A stretch of DNA of 64,000 nucleotides from a virus (lineage: Duplodnaviria; Heunggongvirae; Uroviricota; Caudoviricetes). Made by a program: the position numbers and the translations under genes. The DNA is taken from positions 14,633 through 78,632 of IMG/VR virus record IMGVR_UViG_3300032893_000003; one strand, written 5' to 3'. The notes under the pieces were generated by a model. It was not told the origin of the DNA. It worked only from the letters and a program-made list of their open reading frames with translations, and searched no databases. Each line of letters opens with the position of its first letter. The stretch's first letter is position 1. Shown piece by piece: positions 18,765 to 27,239 of the stretch.

Positions 18765-19985
18765 GACACCTTACGGTACCCTGCTAAAGCTGTAGCTCGC
18801 AACACTTTACCTATACTATGCCACGCTGTACTTCGCTTTTGCCCAACATAACGATGCGACGCCTTGCCTTCACGTTACTTTACCTCGAGATACTACGCCC
18901 TCGCTTTGCCATAGGGCACGCCACCTCGCCCTGCCGCTACTTGACATTGGCTGACCATATTGCGCTTCGCCTCACCTTGCCAGAGCTAGACAAGAGACCG
19001 CCTCACTTTGCCTTCACATTGCTAGACTAAACTTCGCCATAACCTTACTGTAGGGAGCTTCGCCATACTTATGCCGCAACGAGACCTTGCCTTACTTCGC
19101 CAAACCATAACCACGCAATGGGGTACACCAGATCGCTTTACCTCTACGCCACCGCAAAATTACGATACTTGACCTCAAGATACCATACCATCGCTGAACC
19201 TGAGTTCACGACACCTGTGCCTAATATGACATTACTTTACCTTAACTGGGCTGTGCGTCGCAAAACCAAACCAAAACGATGCCTCGTGGGACTTTACCAT
19301 ACTCCACTCGCGCCGGATCTTACTTCGCGCTAGGGTGCCACAACGTTACCGCGTAAAACAGGGCTTCGCCGCAACGTAGCTTTACCATACCTTGCCGACA
19401 CGAGACCCCAAACGAACTCAACCGGATCACACTGAAGCTGTACCAAATATGGCTTTACTGTGCCTTTACCGTGTTAGACATAACTGGACCGTGCCCTTAC
19501 TATACCTCAAGCGACACCGCCCCACTGTACCTCTGCCATACGTGACAAGCTAGACTGTACTATACCAACACTCTGCACGACATCACAGTGCCTGTGCTAG
19601 ACTGTACTAGGCTTATGCGTGACATCGCTATAGTTCACCCAGCCGTTGCAAAACAAAGGAAAACGTCAGAATGCCGTGGCCTCACTGCGCCCAACTTAAG
19701 CTCTACTGAAAATAACTAGGCGGTGCTTTACGAAAGCAAAACTTGATTTTACTCTGCCATACCTTGGCGCAACACCAAGTCACCTCAGCACACGATGCCG
19801 TTACTATACTAAACTATGCCCTACAATACTCACACAGCACATCAGAATGCCTGAGCGTGCAAAAACTTTGCTACACCAGACTGTCGGTACAATGCCGGCA
19901 CTATATTGCACTCCACCTTGCCCTAACAGGACACAACGCAGCTATAAGACACTTTGCCCTAGCGGGGCACAGCGTAGCAATGCAG
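18765..19985 (-). repeat. Degenerate period-5 array, (R/N)GY-NN, candidate guide-RNA array
   Basis: Example minus 19120-19076: GGT-tat-GGT-tt-GGC-ga-AGT-aa-GGC-aa-GGT-ct-CGT. GY recurs every 5 nt (occasionally 6) over about 1.2 kb; no credible ORF or RBS. Confidence 0.85.
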
Positions 19986-20900
19986 TTACTGAACAGCTTC
20001 GGCGCGCTTATCGCGATAGTCATGAAGTGCGTTTAGCTCATGAGAAAATACCCCCCAGCCTGCGTTCCTCCATTGTCCGAGTCCGCAGAAATACTCCCCG
20101 TATTCAAAGAGTGTGCGCAACACGTCCTCTGTAACAGCGGAGTTTTTCAACACTCGGATATTAAATTCAAAAGAAGCGCCGGCTGGGATGATCTCGGACT
20201 TAGCTAACGTCACCCGCGGCCCTTGAGCTGTAATGACCCGAAGAGAGCGCTGGAGATGTTTGGGATTCCCATGCTCATCGCGCCTGATATCACGGTCAGC
20301 TACAATGAACTGCTCTGTGCACCTAACGTGTTGGTTAATCAGCATCTGCGTGTAGGAAGCTGAGTGGAGCACTGTGCCCTTTTTAGCAGGCATTGTGCGC
20401 GCAATAGCTTCAGCCGCAGCCTTTAAGTAGCCATAGATCATGTGATCGCCAATACAAGGCCGGTTTGTTTTTTTATCCCAAAAGAAGATCGTTGTTCCTT
20501 TGGTATCAAGCTCTTCGAAGGTTTCTTTAAGCTCGTCGAGCTTTCCAGAAAGTGCCGCTTCCCGCTGTTCAGGGGTGAATTTGTAGCCAACCATCTCTTC
20601 GAGTTTGTCGATAGTGCGCTCAATCTCCTCTTTGCTTTTCTCAGGCGAGATGTCCATTTGTCCTAAGTACTTGTTGATGGTCGTATTGATCTTACTTTTT
20701 TCCATGATGAGCTTTCGCTGCTTCTCATGGATGTGGGTGTCAAGTACATAAGGGTCAGCAGGGTTAGTGCCGAGCATATCACGGATGAGCGTGAGCTTGA
20801 CCCGGTATTCATCGAAGATTTTTGAAGGCCCGCTTGGAGTTTGCTTGGCAAGCGTTGCCGAGACTGCCTGGGCTTTTCCTTCAGTTGTTGTTTGGGACAT
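19986..20900 (-). CDS. Stand-alone RAMP/Cas7-like protein (Vipr-like)
   Basis: N-terminal YRVKLTLIRDMLGTNP strand, IGDHMIYGYLKAAAE (cf. Cas7 IPGSSxKGxLR), SEIIPAGASFEFNI and C-terminal Gly-rich loop GLGQWRNAGWGVF; AAGGAG RBS. Confidence 0.8.
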   Translation of the reverse strand: MSQTTTEGKAQAVSATLAKQTPSGPSKIFDEYRVKLTLIRDMLGTNPADPYVLDTHIHEKQRKLIMEKSKINTTINKYLGQMDISPEKSKEEIERTIDKLEEMVGYKFTPEQREAALSGKLDELKETFEELDTKGTTIFFWDKKTNRPCIGDHMIYGYLKAAAEAIARTMPAKKGTVLHSASYTQMLINQHVRCTEQFIVADRDIRRDEHGNPKHLQRSLRVITAQGPRVTLAKSEIIPAGASFEFNIRVLKNSAVTEDVLRTLFEYGEYFCGLGQWRNAGWGVFSHELNALHDYRDKRAEAVQ

Positions 20901-20943
20901 AGGATCTCCTTTTGTTTGACTGCGGATTTATTTCCGCACACGA

Positions 20944-20970
20944 CTCATAACAATAAAGGAGTGTTTTTTG
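20944..20970 (-). promoter_or_regulatory. Promoter for the RAMP/array unit (CAAAAA-N15-TATGAG)
   Basis: Consensus match 44 bp upstream of the start codon. Confidence 0.65.
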
Positions 20971-20976
20971 ATAGGT

Positions 20977-21000
20977 AAAAAAAGCCCCTTGGGAGGGGCT
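20977..21000 (-). terminator. Intrinsic terminator insulating the RAMP unit
   Basis: AGCCCCTCCCAAGGGGCTTTTTTT. Confidence 0.75.
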
Positions 21001-21184
21001 ATGCGGGATCTTCGCCAATGATCTTTGCTACAAAATCATCTACGAAGGCATCAAACTCATCTGGTTCAACAGCGGAATGCACCTCCACTTCTATTTTATT
21101 CGGATACCGTATAAGTAATATCGTACCCACAGCTTTTCCCGTGGGATCCCTCGCAACTAGAACTAATTTCCTTGTAAATTCCAT
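20999..21184 (-). CDS. Hypothetical protein
   Basis: AAGGAG RBS. Confidence 0.65.
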   Translation of the reverse strand: MEFTRKLVLVARDPTGKAVGTILLIRYPNKIEVEVHSAVEPDEFDAFVDDFVAKIIGEDPA

Positions 21185-21200
21185 CCGTTCTCCTTTCGAA

Positions 21201-21230
21201 TAAAGAGCCCCCTTGGTAGGGGGGGGCTCT
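21201..21230 (-). terminator. Intrinsic terminator
   Basis: AGAGCCCCC / GGGGGCTCT stem then TTA. Confidence 0.55.
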
Positions 21231-21238
21231 AGCTTTGG

Positions 21239-21565
21239 CTAATCTGTCGGATCCTTGGGGCCAAATATCTTATCCACGGCCTTGTCTGCTTTCCGAAGAA
21301 TTTCGTTAAAGACTTCATGTCCCTCCGGATCTATAATCTTATCGATAAATTCTCCAGCATCTTGGGCTTTATCTAGCACTTCTCCAATAATTTTCAAGAG
21401 AGGTTCTGGGTCGAGATGGGAGCCTCCGTAGCTGAGCGTTACGAGCTGCTTAATCATATCTTTGGCATCCTCGTAATGCATATCTCTACCGTCCGGATCA
21501 TCAGCAGTTTTCTGGAAAAAATGCTGTGCTATAAGCCTGAATAGTTCTGATTCTTCAAATTTCAT
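21239..21565 (-). CDS. Hypothetical protein
   Basis: GGAGGG RBS, ATGA overlap. Confidence 0.7.
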   Translation of the reverse strand: MKFEESELFRLIAQHFFQKTADDPDGRDMHYEDAKDMIKQLVTLSYGGSHLDPEPLLKIIGEVLDKAQDAGEFIDKIIDPEGHEVFNEILRKADKAVDKIFGPKDPTD

Positions 21566-21867
21566 CGCCCCTCCTTCTCGGCCAAAGCCGCAAGTTCAAC
21601 TACAATATCGTCCGCAGCGTCCATAGACTTTGCGAGCTCCTTAAGATCCAATTCCACGCTGTAGCTATTGATTGTACAGATACGGAACTGTAGATCTCCT
21701 AGGAGTAACAAGTCCTTCCTCCATTTTTCATACGTCTGATCTAGGACGCCGCCTGCCCGTGCATGATCAAAGCGTTCCTTAACACTCTCCATAACGGGCT
21801 TTAAGTTTTCAATCCAGCGGTCAGCCCGTTTTAGAATTTGTTTTTGTTCGTCAGTCAGCGTTTTCAT
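21562..21867 (-). CDS. Hypothetical protein
   Basis: AAGGAG RBS. Confidence 0.7.
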   Translation of the reverse strand: MKTLTDEQKQILKRADRWIENLKPVMESVKERFDHARAGGVLDQTYEKWRKDLLLLGDLQFRICTINSYSVELDLKELAKSMDAADDIVVELAALAEKEGR

Positions 21868-22126
21868 GGATCTCCTTTCGTGATTTCTTTTTAATCTTCT
21901 TTTTAATATTTCTTTTCTTCGTAGCTGGTGCGCGCTTAACTACTGGCTTTTCGGCGTAAAATGCTTTTTCAAGCTCAGCATCTGAGTCGGCAGCAACGGT
22001 CATCGTTTGGGGCGGTGGTTTACTTGTATCGACAACGATCTCGTTATTTGGCAAATCTATGCCCGTCATGAGTCCACTACAGCCTGTCAGTAGCACGGCG
22101 ATTAGAAAGAATTTTAGTTCGTCCAT
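21851..22126 (-). CDS. Putative lipoprotein with basic tail
   Basis: FFLIAVLLTGC lipobox. Confidence 0.65.
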   Translation of the reverse strand: MDELKFFLIAVLLTGCSGLMTGIDLPNNEIVVDTSKPPPQTMTVAADSDAELEKAFYAEKPVVKRAPATKKRNIKKKIKKKSRKEIHENAD

Positions 22127-22182
22127 AATGTCTCCTTTTAAATAGGAATTAGGTCCCTCTTGGGAGAGGGACCTGTCTTTGG

Positions 22183-22461
22183 CTATTTGTGCGTTGCGCG
22201 CCAGTAGGCCACGAGAACCCTGAATATTTCTGAGGCACCCATTCCAAGAAAGGCAAAGGCTATTCGCTCATACCACAAAGATTCTTCAAGGGCTTTATAG
22301 GCTCCTTTGAACTTCTTTGATGCCTTTCTCAGTTTATGGATCCAGAGAGGTTCTAATACCGTTTTGGTTGCAGGTCCTGTTATCTTAAGCGTTGGGTCTG
22401 TTACTGGTACTAATTTCCCTTCGGTATTCTCGCGCATTTTTATTGCTTTATTGCCATCCAT
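22183..22461 (-). CDS. Hypothetical membrane protein
   Basis: AAGGAG RBS; C-terminal hydrophobic segment. Confidence 0.65.
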   Translation of the reverse strand: MDGNKAIKMRENTEGKLVPVTDPTLKITGPATKTVLEPLWIHKLRKASKKFKGAYKALEESLWYERIAFAFLGMGASEIFRVLVAYWRATHK

Positions 22462-22471
22462 TCAGACTCCT

Positions 22472-23254
22472 TTAGTTTGGTACGAATACAACTTGCGGTG
22501 GATATGCTACGCTGAGGGGCATACTAGTTGTCACAGCCGTTACAGGAGTGTCATCGTATCCGGTGATGGCGGTATTCTTACACGAGGAGCTAGTATTTAG
22601 ATCTATATATGAGGCGTACGTAATCTGGCGTACCGAAGGACCTGTTGCCTTATATATCAATCCTGTACTTGCTGTAGTACCAGCAAAATGTGTGAGTGAG
22701 TTCATAATGGCTGGTGCTTGCATATAAGTGGACCCTGTGCAATTGGCTCCTGTGTAATATAGCAGGTACCACGATTGCATCACAGCCACTGTATTGCCCG
22801 CGCCTCCTATTTGTAATACCGGCACATAGGTGACTACCGCGCTATCTGTGCTGTCATAAACCGTGAAGTTGCCGTTATACTGAAGCCCCAGGTATTGGGT
22901 CCCGATTTGCACTCCATTGGCATCCTTCGCCACGAAACCTCCATTCCCTCCAGCAGGACCTGTAGGACCTGTAGCGCCCTGCGGACCCGTGGCACCCGTA
23001 GCGCCAGTAGGACCTTGAGGTCCTTGCGGACCTGTGGCTCCAGTGGCACCTGTTGCGCCGTTAGCCGCTAGAGCTGAAGAGCCATCAGAACATGAGAATT
23101 CGGCACCTCCGGCTGCTTGATTTACAGAGCAGCCGCTAGAGGCTAGAGCATTAGGTGCGCCTACTGAAGGAGCCGAAGCTGTCGTCGTGGTGCTAGTGCC
23201 TCCAAGGCAGGCAGTAAGTGACAACGATGCGAGTAATAGAATTAGATATTTCAT
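22472..23254 (-). CDS. Collagen-repeat lipoprotein
   Basis: MKYLILLLASLSLTAC lipobox; about 13 G-X-Y triplets (GATGATGATGPQGPQGPTG). Confidence 0.8.
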   Translation of the reverse strand: MKYLILLLASLSLTACLGGTSTTTTASAPSVGAPNALASSGCSVNQAAGGAEFSCSDGSSALAANGATGATGATGPQGPQGPTGATGATGPQGATGPTGPAGGNGGFVAKDANGVQIGTQYLGLQYNGNFTVYDSTDSAVVTYVPVLQIGGAGNTVAVMQSWYLLYYTGANCTGSTYMQAPAIMNSLTHFAGTTASTGLIYKATGPSVRQITYASYIDLNTSSSCKNTAITGYDDTPVTAVTTSMPLSVAYPPQVVFVPN

Positions 23255-23274
23255 ATAAATCTCCTTTAATTAGT

Positions 23275-23493
23275 TTATTTTAAAGCTCCGGGTCTTTCTG
23301 CGCAGAGATCGTGAAATCCCTGAAACCCGATTGCTGGAATGGCTAATACACCATAGATTACATTGAACATACAAACCTGGACGGTCTCTACATTCTCTGC
23401 ATATCTCTGGCTTAGGTCGCGCTTCTCGGCACTGGCGCACCCCATGACGGCCAGAAACAGAAGCATCACGATGAACAGAAAGAATAGTTTCAT
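23275..23493 (-). CDS. Small putative lipoprotein
   Basis: MKLFFLFIVMLLFLAVMGC; GGAGG RBS. Confidence 0.65.
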   Translation of the reverse strand: MKLFFLFIVMLLFLAVMGCASAEKRDLSQRYAENVETVQVCMFNVIYGVLAIPAIGFQGFHDLCAERPGALK

Positions 23494-23502
23494 TTAAACC
23501 TC

Positions 23503-23802
23503 CTATGGCACCAGCGCAAGAGCTACGTCTCGTGCCATTTTCTTAAATACTTCTTTTCTGAGTTCCGCGAGGCATTCATCAATACACTCATACGTGAAGT
23601 TATCCACGTCGCCCTTTTCGGCAGCGTCATAGAGCAGATTTCTTATGAACGTTAAGTGATTGATCGTTTTCTTGATCCCTCCGGATTGTTCTCTCAGATA
23701 AACACGATCTTCTTGCGGTATCTTTTTCATATAGGCGGTGGCTTCTCTTCGTGAATAGCCCACCACTTTTACGAGCAGATCTTTGATTTCTTTGGTCGTC
23801 AT
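23503..23802 (-). CDS. Hypothetical protein
   Basis: GGAGGAG RBS, ATGA overlap. Confidence 0.7.
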   Translation of the reverse strand: MTTKEIKDLLVKVVGYSRREATAYMKKIPQEDRVYLREQSGGIKKTINHLTFIRNLLYDAAEKGDVDNFTYECIDECLAELRKEVFKKMARDVALALVP

Positions 23803-24167
23803 AACTCCTCCACAATTTGCTTAAACTTCTGATATGTTGAAAACTCTTTAAACCTGAGCAGCCTGGCGATCCACCGTTTCGGAAGACACGTTTCTTGTGC
23901 CCAGCCATTTAGACAATCTTCAACCGTCTGTACATGGCCTCTTAAAATCTTTAGGACATATTGATCAACTTGATGGGGATCGAGCACGACAACAAGTTCT
24001 GTATCGTCGGCAATCTCTTCCATCAATGTCAGGCCAATATTGTCGGTCAGATCTATCACAGACTGTGTCGCACCTTTTTGTTTTACGAGACTGACTGCTT
24101 TCTCTCTGACCTTTTTTGCGACTATAAGAGACATTTGCTTTTGGATATCAAATAACTCTGGCTTCAT
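23799..24167 (-). CDS. Hypothetical protein
   Basis: Start moved to ATG 24167 (AAGGAG RBS). Confidence 0.7.
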   Translation of the reverse strand: MKPELFDIQKQMSLIVAKKVREKAVSLVKQKGATQSVIDLTDNIGLTLMEEIADDTELVVVLDPHQVDQYVLKILRGHVQTVEDCLNGWAQETCLPKRWIARLLRFKEFSTYQKFKQIVEEL

Positions 24168-24183
24168 AATAAATCTCCTTTGT

Positions 24184-24327
24184 TTATTCCTCTTCATTTT
24201 CATAGATCAGAAACTCGATAAAGGATGCTAGAACCCACAAAACAATGAGCCCTATAATCACTAAACCTGTTTTCCAGATCCATGGATTTGCGATAACAAG
24301 AAAGTAGATCCAGATTGGGATCACCAT
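24184..24327 (-). CDS. 47-aa membrane peptide missed by the ORF track
   Basis: GGAGG RBS; MVIPIWIYFLVIANPWIWKTGLVIIGLIVLWVLASFIEFLIYENEEE*. Confidence 0.65.
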   Translation of the reverse strand: MVIPIWIYFLVIANPWIWKTGLVIIGLIVLWVLASFIEFLIYENEEE

Positions 24328-24370
24328 ATAAACCTCCATAGTTAAGTCGAATCTTGATTAGTCCTTTGGA

Positions 24371-24412
24371 AGCCCTACACTAAAAGGTGTTCTGCACTCT
24401 TAGTGTAGGGCT
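24371..24412 (-). terminator. 13-bp perfect hairpin
   Basis: AGCCCTACACTAA / TTAGTGTAGGGCT. Confidence 0.55.
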
Positions 24413-24468
24413 GACGGTATGGACAAATACCGTATAAATTTGTTGAAGGAATTGCTTCCTTCAAAGAC

Positions 24469-24495
24469 CTTATACCGGAAAAAGGGGTTATTTTG
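24469..24495 (-). promoter_or_regulatory. Promoter motif copy (CAAAAT-N15-TATAAG)
   Basis: Consensus match. Confidence 0.65.
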
Positions 24496-24534
24496 CCTCT
24501 GTATAGAATAGGTAAGTTTTCAGCTGGTCCTTAG

Positions 24535-24573
24535 AAAGAAAGCCCCTACATGGACATATATCCATGTAGGGGC
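24535..24573 (-). terminator. 13-bp perfect hairpin with U-rich tail
   Basis: GCCCCTACATGGA-tatatg-TCCATGTAGGGGC then TTTCTTTCT. Confidence 0.65.
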
Positions 24574-24624
24574 GAAAGGAAAGTTCAAGGCCAATTCCAA
24601 AGTTTAAATTTTGCCTCTAAAATT

Positions 24625-24651
24625 CTTATACCCGAAAAAGGGCTGTTTTTG
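24625..24651 (-). promoter_or_regulatory. Promoter motif copy (CAAAAA-N15-TATAAG)
   Basis: Exact consensus. Confidence 0.65.
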
Positions 24652-24652
24652 C

Positions 24653-24847
24653 CTAGGCGTTTGGACCTGGTTTTTGACCTTTTACATAGCCACTTACGTT
24701 GACTTCTGGCGGGGTGCCGATATCGATGTATTTCGCACCAGTGCGTAGCTTTAGCCGATCGCGCGCGATGGAAGGACCTAATGTTTTAGCTATTTGAGTT
24801 TCTCCGCGGAGTGCTTTGGTTAGTCCTTTTAAAAAGCTCATAGGCAC
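24653..24847 (-). CDS. Hypothetical protein
   Basis: 64-aa ORF continuing the operon. Confidence 0.55.
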   Translation of the reverse strand: MPMSFLKGLTKALRGETQIAKTLGPSIARDRLKLRTGAKYIDIGTPPEVNVSGYVKGQKPGPNA

Positions 24848-24880
24848 ATTGTGCCAGAAAGTCTGAGTAAGTTCAATTTG

Positions 24881-25336
24881 TTATCTCGTGGGCGGTTTTT
24901 GTGTAATTTGGCTACGCGGCACAAACCCGTAGGAATGCTGGACTGGGGGTTTTTGTGTAATCTCCCGCAGCAGCCTTAAGTACAGCTGTCCTATCACGCT
25001 ATTCCCCCTATGAATTGTAATTATATCTGAAGCTATTATCACTTCTTCAGGTATACCGAATTCCGGAATAATAACGGCGTTTGAACATTGGCAAGAACTT
25101 TCCGTTTTACCAAGATTGAAAGAAAACTCGATGGGATATCCCAGTCGCATTGAAGTTGGTTCAACCTCGATGGGGTCTTCGATGACCCCAACAAGAGTTG
25201 TGACTTCTAATGAGACCATAGCGACAAAAAGGTCAGCGGGTTCTTTTGAAGTGAGCGCGGCAAGTGAAATCATAATATATCTCCTACTGAATAACCTATA
25301 CCATAAATAACGCTTATTTAGTCCAACAGGGAGCAA
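24881..25336 (-). CDS. Hypothetical protein
   Basis: Overlaps the polymerase end; start uncertain. Confidence 0.6.
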   Translation of the reverse strand: MLPVGLNKRYLWYRLFSRRYIMISLAALTSKEPADLFVAMVSLEVTTLVGVIEDPIEVEPTSMRLGYPIEFSFNLGKTESSCQCSNAVIIPEFGIPEEVIIASDIITIHRGNSVIGQLYLRLLREITQKPPVQHSYGFVPRSQITQKPPTR

Positions 25337-27206
25337 GGTGCCCCTCGACCTGCATTGGTACTTTTGAAAGCATTTTATTGGCTTCCTCGATCATGATTTT
25401 CTTTTGAAGTTCATGAGCTTCTTGACCGCAGGATGCGGCTACGTCTTGGACGATCTCATCATAGACAGAGTTGTACATTCGCGCGTCGTAGCCCCGCTTT
25501 TTATTCTCCTTTCGTATGCGAGCCATGGAGCGTTTTGTAAAATCCGCGTTAAGTGACTGGATATGGAAATTGGCACCCTCTCTGCGGATGGCTGAAAGGT
25601 GTGCATTAACGCGTCTATCGACTTCAGCCTTGATGTCCCATTCCATAGATTCGCTAACTGGAATCCGCCCGTTTTTTGTCAGCTCTGCCGTTACCTTTTC
25701 TTTGAGCATTTCTTCATTGGGTCTGAACCACGAGCGTCGTCGACCGTTGATGTTGGAAGCGTGGAAATCTCTGGAGGCTGCGTATTGTTTATCGGTCAGC
25801 CATTTGATGGTTGTTCTAAATGTGCTCTTATATTTGTCAAAGAGCTTTACACAATCATCGAATGTGATGGGGCTACCCATACCATTTAGTTGTTCATAAA
25901 GCGAGCCGGGGCCCATTCCGTAGGCAAGTCCGAAGTTTAGCGTTTTTGTCGGATCGCGCAGGGCTTTATTTTCATTTGTTTTTGTTACTTCTTTATTAAA
26001 AAGCATTGTCGCAACAAAGCAGTGAAAATCTACCCCTGAGTTAAACCCCTTGACCATCAGCTCGTCACCACTAAGATCGGCCATGATGCGAAGTTCGGCG
26101 GCTGAATAGTCAACCGTCGAAATCAGGCGGTTATCATCAGTGACGAAAGCATTCCGATATCGCTTATCCCTCGGGATGTTCAGACAGTTTAGCCCGCCAT
26201 AGCAAGCGGGTCTTCCTGTCTCAGTTCCATATGGGTTCATGCGGAAGTGAACACGCCCTGTGACGGGGTGGATGGCTTTTAGGTATTGATCCCCGTACGT
26301 CCCAGTAAGTTTGACAGCGGATCTGTAAGCTTCAAGGGCTTGAATGACGGGATAAGACCTGATTTTTCGCTGGGTCTTTTTATTGGTGTTTTGAATGAGC
26401 GCGCCATCAACTTTAATGTTGAGCCGCTGAAGAGCTGACAAAACGTCCGGCTGGGAATCGTAGTTGATGACGAGCTCACCAAAGAGATCTCGATCGCATA
26501 CCGGATCTAAGATCGCATCCAATCTTAGCTTAGCCTCCTTTGCTTTCGCTTCGTTTTCTGTCATGATGCGTTTCCAGGCGGCTTCATTGATCTTTTGCCC
26601 GTAAAACTCGATATCGCCAAAGGCCTGAATAGCGGCGCACTCTGTATTGATCCAGGTGTTGAGGACTCCTAACTCTTTTGCCTTTTCCTGCATCGCTTTT
26701 GCTAGCGGAAACATATAGAAGGAGTCAGTAGCTGAGTACTCAATCTGTTCTTTGGAGAAATCGCCGCGGTGACCAATGAAAGAAGCCTGGAGGGTTTTAT
26801 CGACTTCGATGTTACAGTATTTCTTTAGGACGTCGTCCAAACCGTAGCCTGAGAACTGACTTCCAGCAGTCATGGCATATTCGCCAAGCATTGTGCAATA
26901 AAGGCGTTCCGTGTCGACGCCTATAGTGCCTTTGCTCATCAAATACTCAAACACGGCGTTGTGGGAGAGCTTTATGATATCTTCGCTCTCTAGAAGCGGG
27001 GCCATAATTTTTAAATTATCGGCATTTCGCGTATCAACAACATAGGCGTGTTTTTCAGTTGAAAAGGAGGCGAGGGTTGCGACATCTCGGTGTGGATCTG
27101 TTCCAGTAGTCTCAAGGTCGTATCCAAGAACGCGCTCATTCCTGAGTTCTTGGCATACGCGTTCAGCGTGTGCAGGTTCTCTAACGTAAGTGTGTGGTAT
27201 TGCCAT
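25314..27206 (-). CDS. polA: Family A DNA polymerase with 3'-5' exonuclease domain
   Basis: ExoI GYDLETTG, ExoII HNAVFE, ExoIII YSATD; motif A VDYSAAELRI, motif B RDPTKTLNFGLAYG, motif C VYDEIV. Confidence 0.95.
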   Translation of the reverse strand: MAIPHTYVREPAHAERVCQELRNERVLGYDLETTGTDPHRDVATLASFSTEKHAYVVDTRNADNLKIMAPLLESEDIIKLSHNAVFEYLMSKGTIGVDTERLYCTMLGEYAMTAGSQFSGYGLDDVLKKYCNIEVDKTLQASFIGHRGDFSKEQIEYSATDSFYMFPLAKAMQEKAKELGVLNTWINTECAAIQAFGDIEFYGQKINEAAWKRIMTENEAKAKEAKLRLDAILDPVCDRDLFGELVINYDSQPDVLSALQRLNIKVDGALIQNTNKKTQRKIRSYPVIQALEAYRSAVKLTGTYGDQYLKAIHPVTGRVHFRMNPYGTETGRPACYGGLNCLNIPRDKRYRNAFVTDDNRLISTVDYSAAELRIMADLSGDELMVKGFNSGVDFHCFVATMLFNKEVTKTNENKALRDPTKTLNFGLAYGMGPGSLYEQLNGMGSPITFDDCVKLFDKYKSTFRTTIKWLTDKQYAASRDFHASNINGRRRSWFRPNEEMLKEKVTAELTKNGRIPVSESMEWDIKAEVDRRVNAHLSAIRREGANFHIQSLNADFTKRSMARIRKENKKRGYDARMYNSVYDEIVQDVAASCGQEAHELQKKIMIEEANKMLSKVPMQVEGHLAPCWTK

Positions 27207-27239
27207 AAAGTACCTCCTTAGTTCTTATTACAGGAGTCT

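Noticed and set aside
18765-19985. Classical CRISPR array or DGR template/variable repeat
   Set aside because: No identical 23-47 nt direct repeats with unique spacers; no reverse transcriptase or TR/VR pair in the window.
18818-20134. ORF-track entries over the repeat region (18818-19030, 19118-19333, 19743-20036, 19847-20134)
   Set aside because: No RBS, opposite strand to the transcription unit, and low-complexity L/R/T/Y/H translations expected from period-5 repeats.
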